32,000 nucleotides of DNA from the NCBI RefSeq assembly GCF_016127575.1, contig NZ_CP066018.1, positions 300,001 to 332,000 on the forward strand, read 5' to 3'. This document shows positions 23,898 to 31,409 of the stretch, piece by piece (within the stretch, counting starts at the first letter, position 1; every line of letters begins with the position of its first letter). The notes under the pieces are model-generated. The model made no database searches. It saw nothing but the letters and a program-made list of their open reading frames with translations, and was not told where the DNA came from. The position numbers and the translations under genes were made by a program. Source of the stretch: Cupriavidus necator. GTDB lineage: Bacteria > Pseudomonadota > Gammaproteobacteria > Burkholderiales > Burkholderiaceae.

Positions 23898-25108
23898 ACG
23901 CGGCCGACCGCTTTATCGACGGCAAGGACCGGCTTTCGGCGCTGCTGCGGGAGCTGCCCGCTTACGCGCCGTCCGCTGCGCTGGCAGAGTCGGTGCACGC
24001 GGCCGCACGTGCGGCACAACAGGAGGAGGATCGCCAGCGGGCCGGCGCGGCGGTCCTGCCCTTCGCCGCGCCGCCAACGCTGGCCATGGCGGTGCAGGAA
24101 GAAGCCGCGCGCCTGCAGGCGGCGCAGGCCGCGCGACGCGATGCGCTGCTTGCACGCGTGGCGTCAGGCGAGCCCGCAGCGGAGATCCTGGGTGCCCCGG
24201 TCGGTGCCGCTGCCAGCGCGTGGCTGCAGGCACAGGCAGCTGAGGCGGCAACACCACGGGCCACAGGGACCGCAACGCAATCCATGGCAGCGCGCGCCGC
24301 GCGCGCGCGGCGGTGGTGGCGCTCGCTCGGGCTAGTGGCCAGCGTCGCGGCAGTGGCCGGGCTGACCACCAGCATCGTGCTGCGGCAGATCGATGATGGC
24401 GCACTGCTGCCGGCGTCGGCGCCTGAACAGGTGTCCGCCCCGGCCGCTGCGCCCGCCGCAGAGATGGCGGCAGCGCCCGCACCGCAAGCTGCGGCGGAGC
24501 CCGGGACGGCCACGCCGGCAAATCCGCCGCCAGCCGCGAAGGCTGCCCCGGCCCCGCAGCGGGAAGAGCGGCCTGCCCCGGCGCACGCCGGGCAGCGCAG
24601 CCGCGCGTCGGCAACGGCCGGGGGCACGGCGCCACGCGAGGCCGCCACGCAAGCACCGCCGCAAGCGACCGAAAGCTTGTCCGCCCAGGCGCCGGCCGTG
24701 GCCGCCGCACCGGCCGCTCCCGCGTATCCGGCCATGGCAGAAGCAGTCCCGCAGCCGGCAATGCCGGCACCCGCGGCACCGCCGGCGGCCGCGCCGCGGG
24801 CAGATTTTGCACGCAAGGCAGGGCCACCGATGGCGGCCGCGCGCGCCCCTGCGGCGCACACCGCATCCAGCATGGTCGTGTCGATCCAGGACGACCCCGC
24901 CGCCACGGCCGCGCGCATGCCGGCGGCGGCATCGGTCACGCTGCTGGCGGCCGAACCGGACAGTGAGGCAATCAGGGAATGGGCAGGACGGCTCTGGCAG
25001 TCGATGCCGGCGGCGCAACGCCCGCCGGTGCCATTTGCCGTGCAGGCCGACCGCACGCTGGCCCCGGGCCAGGTGCGCATCGAACTGCGGCACGGCGCGC
25101 CGCAATGA
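23894..25108 (+). CDS. Putative membrane-anchored anti-sigma factor (non-ZAS), Ala/Pro-rich periplasmic region
   Basis: GTG 23894 overlaps the sigma stop (GTGA), with an AGGAGA SD at 23881-23886. About 140 cytoplasmic residues, one TM helix (WWRSLGLVASVAAVAGLTTSIVL, nt about 24314-24382), a low-complexity Ala/Pro/Gln stretch of about 170 aa, then a more ordinary C-terminal region of about 70-90 aa (MVVSIQDDPAATAARM ... VRIELRHGAPQ). There is no HxxxCxxC motif. The call rests on position, coupling and topology. Confidence 0.6.
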   Translation: MNAADRFIDGKDRLSALLRELPAYAPSAALAESVHAAARAAQQEEDRQRAGAAVLPFAAPPTLAMAVQEEAARLQAAQAARRDALLARVASGEPAAEILGAPVGAAASAWLQAQAAEAATPRATGTATQSMAARAARARRWWRSLGLVASVAAVAGLTTSIVLRQIDDGALLPASAPEQVSAPAAAPAAEMAAAPAPQAAAEPGTATPANPPPAAKAAPAPQREERPAPAHAGQRSRASATAGGTAPREAATQAPPQATESLSAQAPAVAAAPAAPAYPAMAEAVPQPAMPAPAAPPAAAPRADFARKAGPPMAAARAPAAHTASSMVVSIQDDPAATAARMPAAASVTLLAAEPDSEAIREWAGRLWQSMPAAQRPPVPFAVQADRTLAPGQVRIELRHGAPQ

Positions 25109-25135
25109 GCGCGCCGCTGTGCTGGCGAGTGCTGG

Positions 25136-26269
25136 TCAGCGTGTGGTGAACGACCAGCTCAGGTCCACCGGCTGCGAACCCAGCCGGCCGGTAACCCTCA
25201 CGCTGTAGCGCTGCTGGCTGGCCAGCGGCGCCACCGGCGTGCAGATCGCCAGGCCGCGTGCCGCGCTGGAGAGGCCCGACGAACGGCTGTCGACCTTGAG
25301 GCAGCTCACATTGTTGCCTTGCGCGTCGGTGATGACGAAGTTGTCGGCATCGAACTGCAGCGAGGTGTTGATGGCCTGCAGCGAAACCGGATAGCCCACG
25401 GTCTTGCCCTCATAGCCTGGGGCGGGGTTGGGGCTTTCGGTGTTGACCCAGCTGGCCGGCACGTCGGCCTGGCCGTTGTACGGGTAGGCCACCATCTGGC
25501 TGTCGCTGCCGCCCTTCGATGCATCGGCCAGGTCGATGGTCTGGTAGTAGCTGGCCGAGGTGCCGCTGCCATCAGGGCCCACGCGCTCGGCAAAGCCGCT
25601 GCCGGCCGAGCCGTAGCTGCCCAGCAGCGCGGCGCGGTGGAACGGCGCGTTGACCAGGTCCGACACCAGCGCGTCCTTGGGCGACATCGACAGCTGCGCA
25701 TTGGCAACCGAAGTCCAGCGGTTGGCACCGGCCACGACTTCCGCGGTGGCATTGGTCGGATAGGCGGCCTGGATGCGCTCGTTGGGCGTGGCGCCGGTAT
25801 AGCCCGGCTTGCCGCTGGTCTCGTCGTGCGTCAGCGTGGCGTTGGCCAGCATGTAGGCAGTGTGGTTCTGCGCCACGGTATTGAGCGGATCGCGTGCCGC
25901 CAGCGGCGGCAGGCCCACCTGCTCGCGCCGATAGTTGGCGTAGCACAGGCCGGCGCTGCGCGGCTCTTCCAGCACGCGGTAATTGCTGACCGCACTGCCG
26001 CGCGCCGGCAGCAGCGAGACGCCGCCGCCCGCCGCGGGTGCCGGCGCCGTGCCGCTGACGGTATAGCAGGCACCTGCGGTGGATGGCGTGATCGAGCCAG
26101 AGCCGGACGGCGCGCTGGCCTGCCCGTTCGCTTGCGATGCGTTCGACGAAGTACCGCCGCCGCCATCGCCATCGCCACCACCGCCGCCACATGCGGACAG
26201 TGCCAGCGCCGCAGCAGCGCAAAGGGTGGTCAGGGCGAGCGTGGTGCGCCGCGCGCGTCGCGGCGGCAT
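25136..26269 (-). CDS. CAP/SCP/PR1-like domain lipoprotein with C-terminal beta-rich domain
   Basis: Signal and lipobox MPPRRARRTTLALTTLCAAAALALSAC from ATG 26269; an upstream in-frame ATG at 26305 is possible. A Gly/Asp/Ser linker is followed by a CAP-like region (YANYRREQVGLPPLAARDPLNTVAQNHTAYMLANATLTHDE ... SDLVNAPFHRAALL), then an Ig-like tail (YSVRVTGRLGSQPVDLSWSFTT). Confidence 0.7.
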   Translation of the reverse strand: MPPRRARRTTLALTTLCAAAALALSACGGGGGDGDGGGGTSSNASQANGQASAPSGSGSITPSTAGACYTVSGTAPAPAAGGGVSLLPARGSAVSNYRVLEEPRSAGLCYANYRREQVGLPPLAARDPLNTVAQNHTAYMLANATLTHDETSGKPGYTGATPNERIQAAYPTNATAEVVAGANRWTSVANAQLSMSPKDALVSDLVNAPFHRAALLGSYGSAGSGFAERVGPDGSGTSASYYQTIDLADASKGGSDSQMVAYPYNGQADVPASWVNTESPNPAPGYEGKTVGYPVSLQAINTSLQFDADNFVITDAQGNNVSCLKVDSRSSGLSSAARGLAICTPVAPLASQQRYSVRVTGRLGSQPVDLSWSFTTR

Positions 26270-26569
26270 GGGTTGGTGATCAGCAAGCAAGCGTTTCCCG
26301 GTCATCGTTCTGAATCGTCGTGGTCATCGGAGGAAGGAACCTGCCCCGGGGGATCCGCAGGCGCGGACAGCCGGCGCGGCAACCACCGCCAGCACCGTGT
26401 GGACACGGGCTCGCGGCGGCGGCGCCGGGGGCAGAAAGACCGGACGATGGTATGGGCGCGGACCGGCAGGGTCTAGCCCATGAACAATTCCTTACGTGTG
26501 ACCCGCGCGCGCCGCACCGAGGCGCCGCGGGGATCGCTTGCGGTGCCCGCCGTGCGGGCGCGAGGGCAC

Positions 26570-27508
26570 TTAGCTGGCGGCGGCCACGTCGGCCATGCCG
26601 GTGCCGAGCGCGGCCATCACCGCCATCAGCTGCTCGCGCAGCCAGCGGTTGGCACCGTCGTTTTCGCCGCCCGCATGCCAGTACAGGTGCAGTTCCAGCG
26701 ACGGCACCTTGAACGGCAGCGACAGCAGGCGGTTGGCATAGGGCTCATTGGCGATGCGCGCATAGCGCAGCGGCAGCGTGGCCAGCAGGTCGGTGCAGCT
26801 GACCACGCGGCACGCGGCCGCGTAGTGCTGGCAACGCAGGCGCACGCGCCGCGTCAGGCCCATGCGGTGCAGGGCCTGGTCTTCCAGCCCGGCGCCGCGG
26901 CGGCGCGACGACACGTGCACATGCTCGGCCGCGAGGTAGCGCTCGAGCGTCAGTTCCTTCTTCACCAGCGGATGGTCGCGCCGCGCCAGCACCACCATCG
27001 GATCGGCCATGAACGGCGCGTGGTGGATGGCGGGCGAGACCGGCAGCAGGATGTCCAGCGCGGCGTCCAGCGTGCCGGCCAGCAGCTCGGATTCCATCTC
27101 GCGGCGGTCGAAGCGGATCGCGGCAATCTCCACCTGCGGCGCCATTGCCGTGACGCGCGCCATCAGCGGCGGCAGCAGCGTGGATTCCAGCGCGTCGCGC
27201 ATGCCGATGGTGAAACGCCGCACGGTATTGGTGGGATCGAAGTGCGGCGTATCCTGCAGCGTGCGCGCGAACGATTGCAGCGCGCTGCGCACCTCGGCGG
27301 CCAGCGAGCGCGCCAGCGGCGTGGGCGCCATGCCCTGCCCGCGCCGCTCGAACAGCGGGTCGTCGAACAGCGTGCGCAGCCGGCCCAGCGCATGGCTGAC
27401 CGCGGGCTGCGTCAGGTTGAGCTGGCGCGCGGCCGCGGTGATGCTGCCTTCGCTGTAGATGGCGTCGAACACCACGAAGAGATTCAGGTCGATGCGGGAG
27501 AGCTGCAT
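26570..27508 (-). CDS. LysR-family transcriptional regulator (divergent from the acyl-CoA dehydrogenase)
   Basis: 312 aa. MQLSRIDLNLFVVFDAIYSEGSITAAARQLNLTQPAVSHALGRLR is the LeuO/NodD-like LysR N-terminus. Confidence 0.88.
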   Translation of the reverse strand: MQLSRIDLNLFVVFDAIYSEGSITAAARQLNLTQPAVSHALGRLRTLFDDPLFERRGQGMAPTPLARSLAAEVRSALQSFARTLQDTPHFDPTNTVRRFTIGMRDALESTLLPPLMARVTAMAPQVEIAAIRFDRREMESELLAGTLDAALDILLPVSPAIHHAPFMADPMVVLARRDHPLVKKELTLERYLAAEHVHVSSRRRGAGLEDQALHRMGLTRRVRLRCQHYAAACRVVSCTDLLATLPLRYARIANEPYANRLLSLPFKVPSLELHLYWHAGGENDGANRWLREQLMAVMAALGTGMADVAAAS

Positions 27509-27514
27509 GCCGGA

Positions 27515-27578
27515 GATTCTGTCACGGAATGCAGGGAATTGATACTGGCAAATCCAGATAATTCATTTTTCTTATTAT
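27515..27578. promoter_or_regulatory. Two LysR-type (T-N11-A-like) inverted repeats in the divergent intergenic region
   Basis: ATTC-N7-GAAT (27515-27529), 7 nt upstream of the LysR start codon. GATAAT-N11-ATTATC (27556-27578) has perfect 6-bp arms. Both lie in the conspicuously AT-rich stretch 27509-27600. Confidence 0.45.
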
Positions 27579-27697
27579 CAGCTTTCAGATAGAGTGCATT
27601 TCATCGGCCCATGCCGCACTGATGCCGAGGCCTGCCGAGGCCAACGAGGCGCCGCCGCCCACCCCGGCGCCCACTGATTCCGTAGCGAGGAGACCAC

Positions 27698-28960
27698 ATG
27701 GATTTCGAATACAGCCCGAAGGTCAAGGAAATGCAGGCCAAACTGCTGGCCTTCTTCGACCAGCACATCTACCCGAACGAAAAGCGTTTCGCCGCGGAGA
27801 TCGACGCCAACCGCCGCGCCGGCAATGCCTGGGTGCCGACCAAGGTGATCGAGGAGCTGAAGCCGCTGGCACGCGCGGCCGGCCTGTGGAACCTGTTCCT
27901 GCCGCGCTCGCCGCGCGCCCCGCAGGGCCTGTCGAACCTGGAATACGCCACGCTGTGCGAAATCATGGGCCGGGTGCCCTGGTCGGCCGAGGTCTTCAAC
28001 TGCGCGGCCCCCGACACCGGCAACATGGAGACGCTGGAGCGCTATGCCTCCGAGGAACTGAAGGACAAGTGGCTCGAGCCGCTGCTGGCCGGCGAGATCC
28101 GCTCGGCCTTCCTGATGACCGAGCCGGCCGTGGCCTCGTCGGACGCGACCAATATCGAATGCCGCATCGAGCGCGACGGCGACCACTATGTGATCAACGG
28201 CACCAAGTGGTGGTCGTCGGGCGCGGGCGACCCCCGCTGCAAGGTCTACATCGTGATGGGCAAGACCAATCCCGACGCCGGCCGCCATGAGCAGCAGTCG
28301 ATGATCGTGGTGCCGGCCGATACCCCGGGCATCACCATCAAGCGCTTCCTGCCGGTGTTCGGCTACGACGACGCGCCGCACGGCCATATGGAGATCGAGC
28401 TGAAGAACGTGCGCGTGCCGGCCTCGAACATCCTGCTGGGCGAAGGCCGCGGCTTCGAGATCGCGCAGGGCCGCCTGGGCCCGGGCCGCATCCACCACTG
28501 CATGCGCAGCATCGGCGTGGCCGAGCGCGCGCTGGAACTGATGTGCAAGCGCGCGCTGTCGCGCGTGGCCTTCGGCAAGCCGGTGTCCAGCCAGGGCGTG
28601 ACGCAGGAACGTATCGCCGAAGCCCGCTGCGAGATCGAGATGGCGCGCCTGCTGACGCTCAAGGCCGCGTACATGATGGACACCGTGGGCAACAAGGTGG
28701 CCAAGGCCGAGATCGCCATGATCAAGGTGATCGCCCCCAACGTGGCGCTGAAGGTGATCGACTGGGCCATCCAGGTCCATGGCGCCGCCGGCGTCTCCAG
28801 CGACTTCCCGCTGGCCAACTGGTGGGCGCACCAGCGCACGCTGCGCCTGGCCGACGGCCCGGACGAGGTGCACCGCAACGCCATCGCCAAGCTGGAGCTG
28901 GCCAAGCACATGAACCTGAACCCGGACGACATCAGGATGCCGGTGGCACGCGGGTTCTGA
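27698..28960 (+). CDS. Acyl-CoA dehydrogenase, FadE2 / ACAD10-ACAD11 C-terminal-domain type
   Basis: 420 aa with a GAGGAGA SD. N-terminus [28 protein letters not shown], then [27 protein letters not shown] and a C-terminal [19 protein letters not shown]. These are typical of the FadE2-like ACAD subfamily. Confidence 0.88.
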   Translation: MDFEYSPKVKEMQAKLLAFFDQHIYPNEKRFAAEIDANRRAGNAWVPTKVIEELKPLARAAGLWNLFLPRSPRAPQGLSNLEYATLCEIMGRVPWSAEVFNCAAPDTGNMETLERYASEELKDKWLEPLLAGEIRSAFLMTEPAVASSDATNIECRIERDGDHYVINGTKWWSSGAGDPRCKVYIVMGKTNPDAGRHEQQSMIVVPADTPGITIKRFLPVFGYDDAPHGHMEIELKNVRVPASNILLGEGRGFEIAQGRLGPGRIHHCMRSIGVAERALELMCKRALSRVAFGKPVSSQGVTQERIAEARCEIEMARLLTLKAAYMMDTVGNKVAKAEIAMIKVIAPNVALKVIDWAIQVHGAAGVSSDFPLANWWAHQRTLRLADGPDEVHRNAIAKLELAKHMNLNPDDIRMPVARGF

Positions 28961-29004
28961 CCGCCTGGCAACGCCGCGGGGCTTCGGCCCTGCCGGCAGT
29001 ATGG

Positions 29005-29034
29005 AAAACGCGCAGCCAGTCTGCGCGTTTTTTT
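29005..29034 (+). terminator. Rho-independent terminator after the acyl-CoA dehydrogenase gene
   Basis: AAAACGCGCAG-CCAGT-CTGCGCGT followed by TTTTTT. Confidence 0.85.
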
Positions 29035-29117
29035 CTTCTGTGCTTAAATCGCCCGGTTCGCCACGTCAGTGGTTGATGTGGCCATCCCCAACGATCGCAG
29101 CCAGGAGATCTTTTGCG

Positions 29118-29810
29118 ATGATCGACGTCTACACCTGGGCCACGCCCAACGGCCACAAAGTCCACATCATGCTGGAAGAATGCGGCCTGGAGTACAAGGT
29201 CCATCCGATCAACATCGGCGCCGGCGACCAGTTCGGCGAGGACTTCCTGAAGATCAGCCCCAACAACAAGATCCCGGCCATCGTCGACCCCGACGGCCCG
29301 GACGGCAAGCCGATCTCGCTGTTCGAATCGGGCGCCATCCTGCTCTACCTGGCCGGCAAGACCGGCAAGTTCCTGCCCGAGGACGTGCGCGGCAAGTACG
29401 AGGCGCTGCAGTGGCTGATGTTCCAGATGGGCGGCGTGGGCCCGATGCTGGGCCAGGCGCACCACTTCCGCATGTACGCGCCCGAGAAGATCGAGTACGC
29501 GGTCAACCGCTACACCAACGAGGCCAGGCGCCTGTACGGCGTGATCGACACGCAGTTGTCAAAGCACGCCTGCCTGGCCGGCGAGCAGTACACCATCGCC
29601 GACATCGCCACCTTCCCGTGGCTGCGCAGCTGGCAGAACCAGGGCGTGGACCTGGACGACTACCCGAACCTGAAGCGCTGGTTCAACGAGATCGCCGAGC
29701 GCCCCGCGGTCAAGCGCGGCGTGGAAGTGCTGGCCAGCGCGCGCAAGGCGCTGCAGGACGACAAGGCGCGCGAGGTCCTGTTCGGCGCCACGCAATACAA
29801 GCGGCACTGA
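29118..29810 (+). CDS. Glutathione S-transferase, Nu-class (YfcG/YghU-like)
   Basis: Start ATG 29118 with an AGGAGA SD (29103-29108). MIDVYTWATPNGHKVHIMLEE ... ISPNNKIPAIVDPDG ... LFESGAILLYLA ... LMFQMGGVGPMLGQ are hallmarks of Nu-class GSTs. 230 aa. Confidence 0.88.
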   Translation: MIDVYTWATPNGHKVHIMLEECGLEYKVHPINIGAGDQFGEDFLKISPNNKIPAIVDPDGPDGKPISLFESGAILLYLAGKTGKFLPEDVRGKYEALQWLMFQMGGVGPMLGQAHHFRMYAPEKIEYAVNRYTNEARRLYGVIDTQLSKHACLAGEQYTIADIATFPWLRSWQNQGVDLDDYPNLKRWFNEIAERPAVKRGVEVLASARKALQDDKAREVLFGATQYKRH

Positions 29811-29860
29811 GCACGGCACTGCCGCGGCCGGGGCGCTGGCCCCGGCTGACCCGCCTGGCA

Positions 29861-30703
29861 TCAGGTCGGCGCCAGCGCGTGGCACGCAATCGCATACCCG
29901 TCCGCGCGCCGTCCGCCGCGCGCCGCAACACCAATCTCGACGTCATCGCCCGGCCCGAAGCAGCACAGCAGGCCGGTGCCCGGCAACAGCACGTCGAGCC
30001 GGCATGACTCGTGCGGGTCCGGCGCGTAGAGCGTGCCGGGCTGCAGGAAGGCCATGTCCCCACCGGCCCGCACCAGCGCGCCATGCCAGTGCAGGCCGAT
30101 GGCGCCGCGGTAGCACAGCGCCCAGCGCAGCCCGCGCGCCTGCAGCCGCTGCGCCCAGTCATCGCCCGACTGGTCCAGCTGGATGAACTCCGGCCGCATG
30201 CCCTGCTCCGGCTGCGGGCCCTCGGCCCGCACCACCTCTGCCGGCAACACGTGCATGCCCGCCACCCCCTCGGCGCCATTGGCCCCGACCGCGGCAATGC
30301 CGCCCAGCGCGCAGTGCCACCCCGCAGGCAGCGCCACCGGCCGCGATGCATCGGCCGGCCCTTGCGGCACGGTGCGCACCAGGATGGTGTCGACCATCGC
30401 CTGCACCTGCATCGGTACGCCTGGCGCCGGCGCAAACAGCTCGCCGCCGCCCATCAGCAGGCAGCCGCGCCCGGGCGACCACAGCCGCAGGCCCCCGCGC
30501 AGGCAGCCCCACCATTCATGGCGGTCCGCGGCAAATTCAGCCTGGGTCTCGCCGGCGCAGAGAAAGACGTAGTCGCAGGTGCTGCCGAGGCCGGCTGCAG
30601 CGGCAAGCAAGCGTGACTGGAACCCGGGAATGAAGTCCGACGGCGCGTGGCGGTCGGCATGGAGGGCGCGCATCCGCGCCTCGAACAGCGTGAAGATCTG
30701 CAT
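29861..30703 (-). CDS. Hypothetical protein, possibly (bi)cupin-like
   Basis: The credible start is ATG 30703 (MQIFTLFEARMRAL...); the track ORF is longer. GC3-rich codon usage is consistent with coding, and the opposite-strand ORFs are Arg-rich junk. A weak cupin-like signature is present (GLHWHGALVRAGGDMAFLQPG). I do not recognise the family. Confidence 0.5.
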   Translation of the reverse strand: MQIFTLFEARMRALHADRHAPSDFIPGFQSRLLAAAAGLGSTCDYVFLCAGETQAEFAADRHEWWGCLRGGLRLWSPGRGCLLMGGGELFAPAPGVPMQVQAMVDTILVRTVPQGPADASRPVALPAGWHCALGGIAAVGANGAEGVAGMHVLPAEVVRAEGPQPEQGMRPEFIQLDQSGDDWAQRLQARGLRWALCYRGAIGLHWHGALVRAGGDMAFLQPGTLYAPDPHESCRLDVLLPGTGLLCCFGPGDDVEIGVAARGGRRADGYAIACHALAPT

Positions 30704-30968
30704 GGCAATCCCCCTGCAGGGCGACAGGCCGCAAGGCGGCTGTCCGCGCAGTGCGGCGCACGCATGACAGCGTTGCGCGCAGCATTGCGCAGTGGCCCGT
30801 TTGGCTCGGCCATGCAGGCCGTCCGGTTGATGCCATCGTGTCGCGCCATTTTGCCTGGCGCACCCCTCAATTTGCGGGTCGGACACCGATAGTGAGGAAG
30901 AGGATAAGTTGTCGTGGCCTCAAGGTCAAACCCTTAGCCTCAGACCACTCCGAACCTTTCACGACCCC

Positions 30969-31409
30969 ATGACTTCTCGAAATCTCAGACTATTCGGATT
31001 GCATCTTGCCTGGCTACGCAAGCAGCGGGGCTGGTCCCAGGAAACCCTGTCGCTTGAGAGCGGGCTGTCGCGCTCATACCTGAGCGGCATCGAAAGCGGC
31101 AAGCGCAACCTGGCGCTCGCCAACATCTGCAGGCTGGCCGAGACGCTCGCCGTGCCAACCCCGGAGATGCTCGACTTCAGCCGCCATGACGCCAGCCAGC
31201 TGCAGGTGGAACAATCGCGCGCGCCCTTCGGCAACCGCCAGCGCGCGGCGATCGAGGCCACCGTGCGCCATATGGCGGAGCTGACCGAGCCCGAGCTGAA
31301 CCTGGTGGCCGCGGTGGCGCGGGCGCTGGCGGGCAAGGGCAGCTTCCGCCCGTCGCTGACTCACGCCACCAACGCCGCATCCGATGCCAAGGGCGACAGC
31401 GCAGACTAG
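30969..31409 (+). CDS. XRE-family HTH transcriptional regulator with about 75-aa C-terminal extension
   Basis: Start ATG 30969. HTH_3-type core: [51 protein letters not shown]. 146 aa. Confidence 0.8.
   Translation: MTSRNLRLFGLHLAWLRKQRGWSQETLSLESGLSRSYLSGIESGKRNLALANICRLAETLAVPTPEMLDFSRHDASQLQVEQSRAPFGNRQRAAIEATVRHMAELTEPELNLVAAVARALAGKGSFRPSLTHATNAASDAKGDSAD

Noticed and set aside
24400-24850. Repetitive-looking GC-rich stretch; checked as a possible tandem repeat or CRISPR-like array
   Set aside because: The repetition is at the amino-acid composition level (an Ala/Pro/Gln low-complexity region of the anti-sigma candidate). I see no regularly spaced identical DNA repeats or spacers.
19408-26305. 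Envelope block as a horizontally acquired genomic island or mobile element
   Set aside because: There is no integrase, transposase, tRNA attachment site or flanking direct repeats that I can see. Codon and GC character look the same as the surrounding genes. I keep it only as an insertion-like gene-order observation, not as a mobile element.
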